Source: Raillietiella orientalis
Taxonomy: Eukaryota
Direction: 5' to 3'
Assembly: GCA_036172245.1 (NCBI GenBank)
Contig: JAYWIR010000003.1
Location: 4,774,001-4,838,000, forward strand
DNA: 64,000 bases
The position numbers and the translations under genes were made by a program. The first letter of the stretch is position 1, and each line of letters begins with the position of its first letter. This document shows positions 12,801-24,100 of the stretch, in pieces. The notes under the pieces were generated by a model. It saw only the letters and a program-made list of their open reading frames with translations. It did no database searches and was not told the DNA's origin.

Positions 12801-15800
12801 GCCCAGGAGCGTTCCTTTTCTTTTCGCTGCTGTTCCATGCGCTTGTTCCTGACGGACAAGGAGGAGGAGGAGGAAGCGGGCAAGAGAGGAAGCCGCCGTC
12901 CATCGGCGGCGTCTTGCAGAGTCGGAAGGGGGGAGGGGGGGAACACAAACCTGGAGTTGCACCCCGGCACTTCCGTTGGCGCCGAAGCTCTCCCGATGCC
13001 GCAGGACCGATGGATTCCGGACCGACGCGTCTACCAGGCCCGGGGTGCTTTCCCGCGACTGCGCGCCGGGATCATCCCGGTCGCAGGACCCGAGGGACGC
13101 TCGTCGCGACCGCCCGAGCAGCCGGCCATCACCGTCCCGTGAGCAGCCGGGGGGAGTGATCGTCCCGGCCCGTTCCGACCGCGCGCCACCTAGAACAACG
13201 TGGGGGGGGGGGGGGGCGGATAGTCGTTGTCTCCCCTCTTGGCGGCAGGAGGGAGGGACCCTGCTTACCTTCCTCCTCCTCCTCCTCCTCCTCGCTTCCA
13301 GGAACGGCGGCGCAGAGGATCCCTTGAGGCTCTCCCGGGAGGGATCGCCTCCGGGGAAAAACGGGAGAGGTTCGGAGACCTTTCGCCCGGGTCTTCATCT
13401 CTGGAGGGGTCGCATCCCCTCCACGGTCAGGCGTGCTGAACACCACTTGGTAGGAGGCACGCTGCTTGCTCCCGGGTATCCCCATGGAGACGGGCGGCAG
13501 CGAACGCAGTAGCGGCGGCGGCGGCGGCACGCACGAGCGTACGTGCGCGCAGCACCGCTACTACTGGCGTTGCCGCCGCGCTCCCTTCCTTCCCTCCCCT
13601 TTCCCTTGCCGTACGCTGCACCCTCTCCCTTCTTCCTCCCTCCCTCTCCCGACGTCGGGACTGCTGCCGCGGAGGCGGCGGCCACGTCCCGCGTAGGCTA
13701 AGAATAAACGCATAAGTGCTTCCTCCTTCCCTCCTGCCCTCTCCTCCCCTTCCCCCCGAGTTTCCATGGAGACGGCAGTAGGGGAGGGAGCCGGCACGCC
13801 GCTAGCGAGGGGTTCCACGTGCTCCTGGCGGAGGTGATGGCGGCATCCCTGTCCATCCTCCCCCGGTGCTTTAGATGCGCCTTCCTCTTTTCCGGTTTCC
13901 GCCCGAGCGCCGTGGAGCGGACATCCCCGAAAGAGGGAGCTGCGCATCACAGGCACAGCATCGCATACGGTTCGCGAGCCGAAGGGTTAACGGGATGAGG
14001 GGAAAGACCCGGCTACACGGCGTCGGAGACTCCTTCGTTCCCAGCATTCCTCCCACGCTCCTGACCCATCCGGGAGATGACGGTGACGCCCAGGATATGA
14101 CCTCGCCGGGAGAGAGAGAGAGAGAGATCCGCGCCGTGTCTGCGCCGAAGATCGAGCGAGGGCATGCGGGGCGATCGCCGAGGGCGGGGCAAAACAAGCG
14201 GCGTTTGTTTTGTTCAACGGAGGCCCGCAGCGGTGCGAGACGCGAGCGCGAAGAGGAAGAGGCCACGCGATGCCAGGCGACCGGCCGACCATCGGACGAG
14301 GGGCGACGGCAGCTAACAACGAGCAAAAGGGCAAACGAAGTAGCGAGCCCCAGAGACCAGGCAGCAGCGAACCAACGCAGGGAAGAGCAAGGGTCGGAAG
14401 GGGTGAGTGCCTGCCCGGCACCGCAGGCAAACGACGCGCGACAGGGCGGGCGCCTGCTCCCCACATCGCTTCTTAGCACGTGAGCGGGAGGGGAGCGCAG
14501 CACAGGCAGCTGCTGCTCAAGGAGCGGTGTCATCCGTCGCGTCGTGTTGCCTCCTGCGCATCCTCCTGCGGGTTCGCTTCCTTCTTCCCTGCAGCAGGCA
14601 GCCAGACAGCAACACGCCACAAACGAGCGTCTTTGGCTGCGTTGCCTGAGCGCGCACCCTCGCTCGTCTCCAAGCCAATTGTGGCTAGTTGCGAGCTTTG
14701 CGGAGAGATGGTGCATCGCACCCTTCGGGCTCCTCCTCCGAACCTGCATCGGCCGTGTCCAGAAGGTCGCGGCTGCGGGAGAGCCGCTCGCTACCGCACC
14801 CCGTGCCGTCCTGGCGCTGGTGCGCCTGGGAAGGGGGTGGGAACAAGCACCACAAACGCCGACGGAAAGTGTTTCCAAATGGACAACCCTAGAAGGCGCA
14901 ACTGACGTGACCTCCTCCCCACTCGAGATGTTTGCCGGGGTAACTGCAGAGACGACGCCCTTGGAAGAATTTTTTCCTTTCTTTTTTCTCCTTCTCTGTT
15001 CTTTGCAGCGGCGCGGCGCGAAGCTATGCAGTTAGACGGGACGCGAGCAGCTCGCGGGGGTCGGAGGTGCCTGAACCCCTGCGCGGTTCCGACCCAGTCA
15101 CCGCCTCGCACTCCTTGGGAGGATCGCGCCGGGCAAGCATAGGAAGGGGCCGTCCCCACGACGCCTCTCCTTGAATCGCCCTGAGCGTCGTCCTCAGACG
15201 ATGAAGAGCGCCGGGAGAGTCGCGCCGCTCTTCGTCCTTTCTCTTCTGGTCCCACTTCCTCGGGAGATGACAACGAGGAAGGAGGAAGGGCCATCCGGGA
15301 GTCACCCAACGAGAAGGAAGGAAGGTGCTGTGAAGGTCCATCCAAGACGCGAGACGAGGCCCTCCGCCAACACGCCTCCCCTGTCCCGTGCTGGGAGCCA
15401 AAAGTGAGCCCGCTGGACTGACAGGCGGCAGGGGGAATTCAGCTTCAGCGGGTCCACCACTTCCTTCAGAAACGGTGAGCCCATTGGAAGGAGGAGTCGG
15501 GTGGGGGCAGGAACGGCCGGGAGATCCGAGCCGGCGACAGCGGCAGCAGCGACTGCGGGTCGGGGGCGGTGACTTCCTGCTCGCGCTAGTTCCACCTCCA
15601 GTCGGGGACGGCCGGGCCTTTGGGTCTTGCCAGCTGCGGAGGGGCTGGCCCGTAGCGGTCGGAAGCAGTCAGCTCTCTCAGACCCGGCTGCTTCTAGAAC
15701 CGCGAGCTGAGGTCTGCTGCCTGCCCTCGAGCGAGGGGTCCCCCACGGGGCCGACCCGGTCGGGGATGTTGGAGAGCCCCCCGTGCTGCGGCCGTCTGCC

Positions 15801-17309
15801 CCCCCCCCCCTACTCGCAGCCGAGCCTGTCGGTCAGCGCCTTGACCTCAGTAGCATCAGGTCGCAGGTGGTCTTGCTGGCGGAGTCCTCTGGGAGGGAGG
15901 TCCGCGATAGCGAGCAGGACAAGGGGGGAGGGGTGAGAGAGAGGGGAAAACCCATTCCGTCATGCCGTGAGCATTCAGAGGTGGAGTCGCAGAGTCACTC
16001 CCCTCCTCCCCTTGCCCTCGTAGGCGCCCGTCGCCTCCCTCCTCTTTCCCCTCGCCTCTCGGAGCCCTCGGTGCCACATCCCGGGTGGCCTCTTCCAGTC
16101 CTCCCCAGTTGGGTGGGTGGTTGCCAAGCCGTATAACAGAGCAAAAAGAAGCCCTTGGCAGGACTGCCCTCGGAAGAGGGGCGGATCGCTGCTTCGACCA
16201 GCTCTCCCGTGCCTCCCTGCAGGGAACCCCTATAGTAATGGTTTCATTTGAAGTAGTGGTAATTAGAATGAGGTTGAGATTTTAAATTTTAAAGTGTTTG
16301 GATTAATTAGTTATTTTTATGTAGTAATGAAGGTTTATTTATTCCAATTTATTCTAAGATAATTTGGAGTTAAAATATTTTGTTTTATAATTTTTAATAT
16401 TAATTAACTAATATAAATATATTTTAATATAAATTTACGCAATTTCGATGTTACTATGTAACATAAAAATATTTACATACACTATTTACTTATTATATAA
16501 CTATATTAATTTTATTCCGGTCCTGGGGCACTCCCCAACGCCACCCCAGGGAGGGGCTCTCCCTGACGGAGCCTTCCGCCTCCCCTGTCCGCACCATGCA
16601 ATGCCTCCTACCTCCCTCCCCCCCGCCCTCATCCCTACCCGGAGCGCACCTACGAGCCTGCCCCTGCCCTATGAAGAGGGAGGGCCAGCCGGGGATCCCG
16701 CCACCCGGGTGGAAAGGGGACGGGATAAGGATGCAGACAGGACGAGCATCTCCCTCTCCCAGGACGGAAAGTCCCGGGGAAGGGGGGAGTTTCGTGTGGG
16801 TTGTGACCGAAGGGAGTGCCCCTGGAAACGGGGCGCAAGGGAGGTCGACCACTGCCGCCCCTCCCGCGGGATTCCCGGCTGCCCCGATCCCGCCTCCCTT
16901 CCTGGAGAGACGGCGGTGGTCGTCCTCCCTTGCGCCCCGTTTCCAGGTGGCTGCGGCTTTCCAGCAAGCGAGCCTCTCTGCACGCCGCACGGGGGAGGAG
17001 GGTGAGACGGGGAGGGACGGCGGCAGCACCAGCCTCCGCGTGTGGAGAATCCACGCGTCTCCCGAGAGAGTCTGCGTCCCTGGGACCACTCCAGCCATGC
17101 TGTTCACCCCTCTCCCCCCCTCGAGGCAACGTCGGCGGTCCGGCGGGGCGGGCCAAGCCGCCCGCCCCGCAGTCTCCCCTGGACGGAGGGAGAGGTCGGA
17201 CTTGAACGAGGTGGGAACAGGGGGGGAGGGGGGGGGAATCGACTGGCTCCCCCTGAGGAGGCGGCACCTGCGTCTCCTTGCCTCCCAGCGGAGGAGGCTC
17301 GGCTGCCAT
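9871..17309 (-). CDS. Probable large, divergent multi-exon gene; exon structure not resolved
   Basis: Acceptor at 17366-17367, then ATG 17309 (MAAEPPPLGGKETQ|gtgccg). Several protein-like minus-strand frames with plausible splice sites (~16230-16060, 15720-15305, 14940-14745, 11780-11300, 10400-10170). No continuous model could be built. Confidence 0.3.
16231..16516 (+). pseudogene. nad4: Probable NUMT: degraded mitochondrial nad4 3' fragment plus AT-rich mtDNA-like tail
   Basis: A 286 bp extremely AT-rich island with sharp edges in GC-rich DNA, T/G-skewed in its first half. In the invertebrate mitochondrial code, alternating frames read ..SFEVVVISMSLSF / LNFKVFGLISYFYVVM / SFYYSNLF, resembling the nematode ND4 C-terminus. 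Confidence 0.6.
16821..16947. repeat. Inverted repeat with 39 bp arms
   Basis: 16821-16859 (cctggaaacggggcgcaagggaggtcgaccactgccgcc) matches the reverse complement of 16909-16947 at 36 of 39 positions. Confidence 0.9.
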
Positions 17310-17612
17310 GGCGCCTCGCTCCGGCGGAGGAGCTGTCCTCCCCGGGAGAGGCGAAGAGGGGTAGTCTGAGGTCAAGGGCGACCCGGGCAGGGGCCAGGAG
17401 AAAGGGACCGCGGAAGCCACGAGTGACCTTTTTATGGCCGAGACGAAAGACAGGAATTTGAACGGGGCCGAGGGCGGCGCGGGACGGAGGGTCGTCTCCA
17501 CGGCGACCTGGTTCCGGCCTGTCCCCCTGATGCGGGGAGGGAAGGGGGATGGAGAGGAGAGGGGGAGGGGGTCCTCACCCACCGCCGCCCGGTGCGCGCG
17601 CGGGGGCGGTCG

Positions 17613-18215
17613 CTACGCCACCTCCTGCTGCTTCCAGTTCTCCTCGATCCGGTCCCACTTCCCGGCCTCGTCGTTCCAGACGTAGGGCTCCCCTCTCCAC
17701 GTCATGTACTCGCCGCCCGAGGGCCTGTCCTCGTCGACGCCGGCGGCGTAGTCCTCGGACAGGGGAGCCTCGGAGTCCTCCGCCTCCTCCTGCTCCTCCC
17801 ACCGGTCGAACTCCTCCTCCACGCTCTCGTCGACGGCAGGTACCGCAGCCGAGCCCTCCGCTTCCGCGAAGTCTCCCGCCGAGGAGGCCTTGCGGGGCTG
17901 CCCCGCCCTGGAGGTGGCGAGCGGAACTCCGTCCTCGGTGGCGGTGCCCGTCAGTAGGGAGATGGTCAGCATCTGCAGGATGACGACCAGGATCAGGACG
18001 CACAGGAACGTCCTCGGTTCCGCCCACAGGGATTCGCTGCGCTTCCTGGAGGCTGCAGCCTGCCTCCCGGTCCCCCCTGCCAGCGACTGGGGGCGGCCGT
18101 CCGCCGCCGCCTCGCAGACGGCGAAGCGGGCCGGCGGCGCGTCCGAGTACGGGCCCGCTTCCGGAGAGCTGTCTGCGCTACATCTGGTCAGCTTTGGGGG
18201 AAGGTCGAAGTTCAT
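17613..18215 (-). CDS. Intronless 200 aa single-pass (type II-like) membrane protein with an acidic C-terminal region, unknown family
   Basis: ATG 18215 lies 6 nt after a TTTCAG acceptor. Strong G/C third-position codon bias like the real exons nearby. Hydrophobic segment FLCVLILVVILQMLTISLL, an E/D-rich tract, and a Trp-rich end (YMTWRGEPYVWNDEAGKWDRIEENW). Confidence 0.75.
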   Translation of the reverse strand: MNFDLPPKLTRCSADSSPEAGPYSDAPPARFAVCEAAADGRPQSLAGGTGRQAAASRKRSESLWAEPRTFLCVLILVVILQMLTISLLTGTATEDGVPLATSRAGQPRKASSAGDFAEAEGSAAVPAVDESVEEEFDRWEEQEEAEDSEAPLSEDYAAGVDEDRPSGGEYMTWRGEPYVWNDEAGKWDRIEENWKQQEVA

Positions 18216-18221
18216 TCCTCT

Positions 18222-18227
18222 CTGAAA
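18222..18227 (-). promoter_or_regulatory. TTTCAG 3' splice site / candidate trans-splice acceptor
   Basis: gtttcag|AGAGGA ATG sits directly upstream of the 200 aa ORF and matches the nematode acceptor consensus. Confidence 0.45.
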
Positions 18228-21174
18228 CAGCCAGCCCTTCGTTGCATCAGCAGAGCGGACTCTCGTCTTTCCGCGCGCGCGCAAAGAAAAAGACGCGAAC
18301 GGGGCCTTCGCCCCCCTCCGCTGCTGCTGCCGCCGCCCGTCTCGTGCGCGCGCCTTTCCCCCCCGCCGAAGCAGGGAGCGAAGGGAGCGGGGACAGAAAG
18401 GAAGGGAAGGGAAGGGCGGGGAGAGAGGGGAAAACGTGAGGGGAGGGGGAGAGCCGCCACCCTTGGGGCCATACCCGGAAAAGGGGGGGGGGGAAATAAA
18501 ATAAAATAAAATACAGCAACGCCACCGGCGCCATTTTTTGTTTGCGGCGGGCCGAGACGAAAGCGCGCGAGGAATGGCGCAGGCGCGGAAATGGGTCCGT
18601 CGCGCGCATCCGACCGGTCGGGGGCCGAGGCCCCGCGCCCGGGATGCTGCGCGCGGCGCCCTGCCCACCTACCTGGAGGCGCGGAACGCTCGAACCAGTT
18701 GATCGGTTTTCACTCGGCTGTTTCACACGGCGACGGGGTCTTCAGCGGTGCTTCCCGAGACCAAAATTCCATCGGCGGCGGTGCGAAGCCGCAAAGCTCA
18801 GTCGTTGCGGGGGGAGGAGGCCGGGTGGGACGCGCCGCTCGAAAACATAGGTGGGGTGGGGGGGAGGAGGGGGGAAGGAGCAAAAGCCAAAAAAAAAAAA
18901 AAAAATAACAATAATAAAACGAAAAAAACACACGCACGCACGCACGTGAAGGGGGGGGGGGGAGGAGGAGGGAGAGGTCTTCCTAGCTGGCGAAAATTTT
19001 TTTTCCTTCTCCGAAGGCCGGCGTTTTCCGACGCGAAGTGCGTCACGCGCGCCGCGGACGTTCTAGAACGCTCCATTATTGCGCGCGGGACGCCCGCCGA
19101 CAGTTCGTATTATTGCTCGCAGGCGGCGCTGCGAGCGTATGGGCGGGGGGGGGGGGCGCCGCCTCATTTCCTTTGTTTGCTTAAAGACCGGAGCCGCTGT
19201 TTACGAATCGGTTCGTGCCATGCACCGACCGGCGTCTCTCGTCGTGTATTCACCCATTGGGCTACACTTTTCACGCAGACGAACCCATCGCCATCGTCTT
19301 CCACCCGCCCGCCCGCCCGCCCGCCCGCGCGCGCGCGCGCGATCGATCTTGTTGTACACACCCACCGCAACGCGCAGGCATCTTTCGTGTACGGCAGCCG
19401 CCGAACCGCTCGCGCTTTCACCCACACGCGCACCGCGCACGACGCATGCGCGCACGGCGTCAACCACGCGCGAGGAGCGTGGCCGCGGTCGTTCGAGGAG
19501 GAAACAGGGATGGACGGGGCAGCGGCCGGTCGCTTCGTACACAGATGCGGGCACAGGATGTGCGCCATCAGCTGATCTCCTGTACACGAACTGCGGGCAC
19601 ACGCGCGCACGCGCGCGCGCATAAAGGGTGTCTTCCGCGCTTTCGGCCGGACGGCACAAAGGAGACCTCTGGCTTCCGTCTGTGGGTGGCTCGCGGGTGG
19701 CCACAGCGGCGACCACGGAAGGCACGCGTTCGACGAGGCGGAAAAGTCCGCGCGTTCCGAGAGCTTCCTTCGGGACGCGCGTCGGGAGAAGCGCGCGCGC
19801 CATCCGGGAGGGGAAGGGGAGGAGCGGAAAACGCTGTCGCGTCTCGCAGGGATAAGAGAACCCGCAGGTGTTTCTCCCCCGCGAGCCCCCGTCCGGGAAG
19901 GAGGGGAGCGCGGGGGAAGGGTCAAGGAGCGGGAAGGGAGGAAGTGGAGGCCCCGTTGCCTGGCAACCCTTCTGCCGGGTATCCGGCTGGCCAGCACCTG
20001 GTCGGGTTTCCTCCCCCTGCCCCCAGGGAGGTCTGGAGGAAGAGCTGTTTCGCTCCTCCCGTCCCCTCCTCCGTGGCCGACGCTACGCGCGCCTCGGGGA
20101 GGGACGGACGACATCGCCCGAAGCGCCGTTCCCTTTTCCGACGAACGCCTCCCTCCCTTCCAAGAAAGGAACCCCGGGAAGGGGCGGAGCAGATGCCCCT
20201 CCTCGAACTAGGGGGAGGGACGGCGGGTGATCCACCTCGGTTGTCCCCAGAGAAGAGGACAGCCGGGTGCTTCCCTTCTTTCCCTCCCGCCCTCCTCCTC
20301 CCCGGACCACTGGCGACGCTGAGCGTGACCTGCCTGCAACGCCCTCCCCGGTCTGGGAGGTTTCCCGCCTTCCCGAGTCATCCTGCCGGCGGAGGAGCGA
20401 AACGCACCTGCAGGTCGCGGCTGTCGCTGCAGTGTCCGGGCAGGCCGACCCGGAGGGTTCCCTCCGACTCCACGGAGCACGCCCGTTCCGCCCCCGTGGC
20501 AGCATGGAGCGGAAGGAGGAAGGGGAGAGAGGGGCAAGTCGGGGCGGTCCTTTCCTGCCGCCCACGCCTTCCCCGACTCCACACCTTGCTGGGAAAGAAG
20601 GACCTCCCCAGGCACCACCTTCCGGGCCTGGAGGATCGGGGAGGGCGCGTCCAGAAGGGGGGGGGGGGGCGAAGGTCGCACGACGGAACGTGGGTGCCTT
20701 CGCTCCCCCTTCCTTTAGCAGAAGGCGGAGGACGTAGTCGGACCACGAAGGCGGGAACTCTCGGGCGGTCAGGAAAGTCCCCGGGCATCGGGAGGGAGGG
20801 AGGAGGGAGGGGGATGAGCGTTCCTCATCGGGTGGGACGCACTTCGGAGGTGAGGAACGGGGGGCGGCGCTTTCTCCTCCTCCTCCTCCTCCTCCTCCTC
20901 CTCGCGCACGCCTTCGCGCGCGCGTCTGCGGGTGTGCGCATCGCACGCGCACCCGCCGCCGACGCTGCTGCCGAAGAGGCGGCCGCCACCAGTTTGCCAG
21001 AGCAACGCACGGTCTCGTGGAGCTGTCGTGAGATCTCTCCGCCGGCCCCGTCCAGTCGCCTCCCTCGCCGCCGCTCTCGTGGTCGCTGCTCGCGCGCACG
21101 CGCAAGCCCGCGTCATGCCCTGATCGCAGGGGGAGCAGGCCCCCTTTCCCCGACTTCCCAGGACCCGGGCAATC

Positions 21175-24100
21175 ATGGTTGCTCTCGATGTCTGCCTCCT
21201 GTTTTGGCTTTCGGGACTCCCTACCGTCTGCCTTGGGATCCAATGGCTGTAAGTTGACTTTCAGGTTTTCTTCCTCCCCCCCACCCCACCCCCCCATTTT
21301 CATTCTTCCCGTTCCTTCTGCCCCTTCCCTACTCGTCCGACGGCGCAGCAGAGGGGTGCGCGTGCGTGCCCATCTCGGGTCCGTCCCTCATGCCGCTCCT
21401 TCCTCCTCAACCCTGTTCCCCTTCCGTCCGTCCCTCCCCTTTCCCTTTGTCCCTGGCGTTCCCTGCTACACGAATCGGGACCCGCCGCTGGCGGAGCGGG
21501 ACGGGCGGAGGGGGGGGGGGGGGAGGGACCGGGAGGGCTCCAGCGCGCGGGGTGCCGGTTTCGTCCGGATCCGGAGTCCGCGCGAAGCCCACGGTGGAGC
21601 TCGAAACCCCGCTCTGGCTGCCCGCGTTGCGTAGCAACGCTGCACGCCAGAAACATGCCGCGTCGCGCGTCCTCCCTTTTAATTGCCGGAGCCGCGAAAT
21701 AAGCACACGCAGATGCTTCGGAGATCACCTTTACAAAGGGCCTGACTAATTCACGGTGGGAAAGGCTCGAGTTGTACCTGCTTTCCGCTCTTGCCTGCTC
21801 GTCGTTTCCTCCCCCCGTCTCTCCTTCTGCGAAGAACAAGTCCTTTGTGTTTTTTTTTTTGTTGTTTTTTTTTTTTTTCTCCTTCCCCTCCCCCCCCCCT
21901 CCTCCTCCCCCTTATTGCTAGCGGGACGCGGTGCGCGGAAAGCGATTCCACCTGATATCGCGGGCCCTATTTTCGTTGCTTCGGATCCAATTAACCGACC
22001 TACCTGCTACCAAGAACGGTGGTGTGGCAACCTACGTCTGATCGGTAATCAAGCCTAACCCGAAATTCCGAAAACAAGCCAGGATGTGGTGCCTGCCTGC
22101 CCGCCTCCCCCCCCTTTCCTTCCTCCCCTCCCCTTCTTCCTTTCCCACGTGCAGTTTCCCGGAGTGCTTAGGAATTCTCGAAGTTTCGAAACCGCGAGAA
22201 GACGCACAGAGATCTGGAAGAACGGAAAGAATCCATAGATCGAATTCTACGCCGTCAGGAATATGCAGCTTCGCAGCCGAGGAATTTCCATGGTCGACGT
22301 GGTATCCAGTGTGCTGACCACAGTAAAAGTTACGTGTTCCAAATCGCTCGTGAACGGTCAGTAACTTGAATAACTGCAATTTGTATCGGAGAAAAGTTTT
22401 TTTTTTTTTTGTCTTTTATTTATGTTTTTTTTTTTTTTTTCCTTCTCTCTCTCTCTCTCTCTCTCCCTTTTCCTCCTCCCCCTCCCCCTCTTCCGATACC
22501 TACAGCAAACATCGCCTTCGCTAAATTATCGGAATTAGGTGATTTCGGTTTATATGATGAAATTGCTGTTTTCATTTGCTGAAAAAAAAACAATTCGTGG
22601 GATGGGAATTGATTTATGTACGAATTAGAGCTGTCAGCTTCCCGTTCTTAATTGCTGGTTTCCAAGAACGGGCACTGCTTTTTATGGTCGGAATAATGGA
22701 TGCAGAGAGGCGCCCCAACAATGAGGCGGCCCCATTTCTTTTTTTTCATCGGCGACCTCGGCCAGGCGGGTTCACGGCCCACTGTTGGTCTGTAGGGGGT
22801 GGGGGTGGGGGCTCACGCGAGGGTTCCGACTTGGTTCCGAAGACCGAGCCGAGTCTTCCGCGCGCGCCGTGTCCCCCGATGGCGATGGTGGCGGCGGTCC
22901 TCCTCCTCCTCCAGCGGCTCCCGAGCCAGCCAAGCGCCAAAACGCGCCAATGCAAGAGGAACCGCCGTGATGGAGCGCTCGGACCCGTCATCTTTTATTT
23001 ACTTGCTTTCCCGCCTGGTAATTAAAACGTACAGCTCCGAAGAGCGAGCGCTCATCTCGCCGGATGGGAAAAGGAAAGCGGCGCGCACCCTGTTTTATGA
23101 GTCGGATCCAAGGATGCTCGGGGGGAAGAGTAAATAAATGTATAAAGTTCAAACCGAAAGGCAACGAGGCGTTGCAGCTGCCGTTGCTTCAGCGGGGCTG
23201 AGTTCCGAGAAAATCCTAATGCACGTTCGAGACGAGCAGAAGATTCCGAACCCATCATGGCTGGCATGCAGCCGCCTACAAGAATCTCACAGGCCGTACA
23301 AATACCGCTGCTGCGGTTCCTTCTTTCTTCCTCTTCTTCTCCTCTCTCTCTCTCTCTCTCTCTCTACGATTCTTTGATTACGATCTCGATTCTTTGATTT
23401 GGTTTCCGATGGTCCCCCTTTCCTGTCCGCTTGGAGATCATACAGCACACTCGCGGATTTGTGGCGTGTCAGGTGCTCCTCACCCCACGAAAACCGTAAT
23501 AAATCGTGGTGGCGCTTCAGAGCTCGGGAGTCCACATAGTTCATCCACTTTTGTTGTGGGCACAATAAATTTCGGGGAGCATTCCTCCTCCCCTGCGCGT
23601 CGTCGAGATGCGCGAGTGCGTGGAAACGTCGTGGCTGCTTTATGAATCGAGGGAGCCAGGCGCGCTCGCGTTCCTCCCCCCCACTCCTCCCCTCTCTCCC
23701 ACCCTTCGCTTCCTGACGCGCCTTTTGCGCCGCCGAAAGGGAAGACGCCGAACGCACGCGTCGTGGCGCGGCTCGAGGACGCGTGACCTGCCAGCGCAAG
23801 AAGCGCTCGCGCGGCCCGCGTCGGGTAGACCGTCACTGCGGCTGCCGCTGGAACCGGGAGGAACACCCGAAAGCCCTCGAGAAGGGGAGTTCGGACGCCG
23901 CCGCGCCTCCGTGACCGCCCTGACCGCCTCCGAGCGGCGGTCGCTTCCGCCAGGACCCTCCGGCGCGGCCACGCAGCCGCTGCCCCCGCGGCCTCACTTG
24001 AAGGAGCAGGCAGCGCCAGACGTCGGGTCGGGAACGGGCGGTTGGGCCGAAGACGGCCTCCGAAAGCGCTTGCTCCGACGGGTCGCCAGCCCGGGGACCC

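Noticed and set aside
22315..22378. Possible miRNA hairpin in Wnt4 intron 1
   Set aside because: Only short 7 bp and 4 bp helices with large bulges; not a pre-miRNA-like stem.
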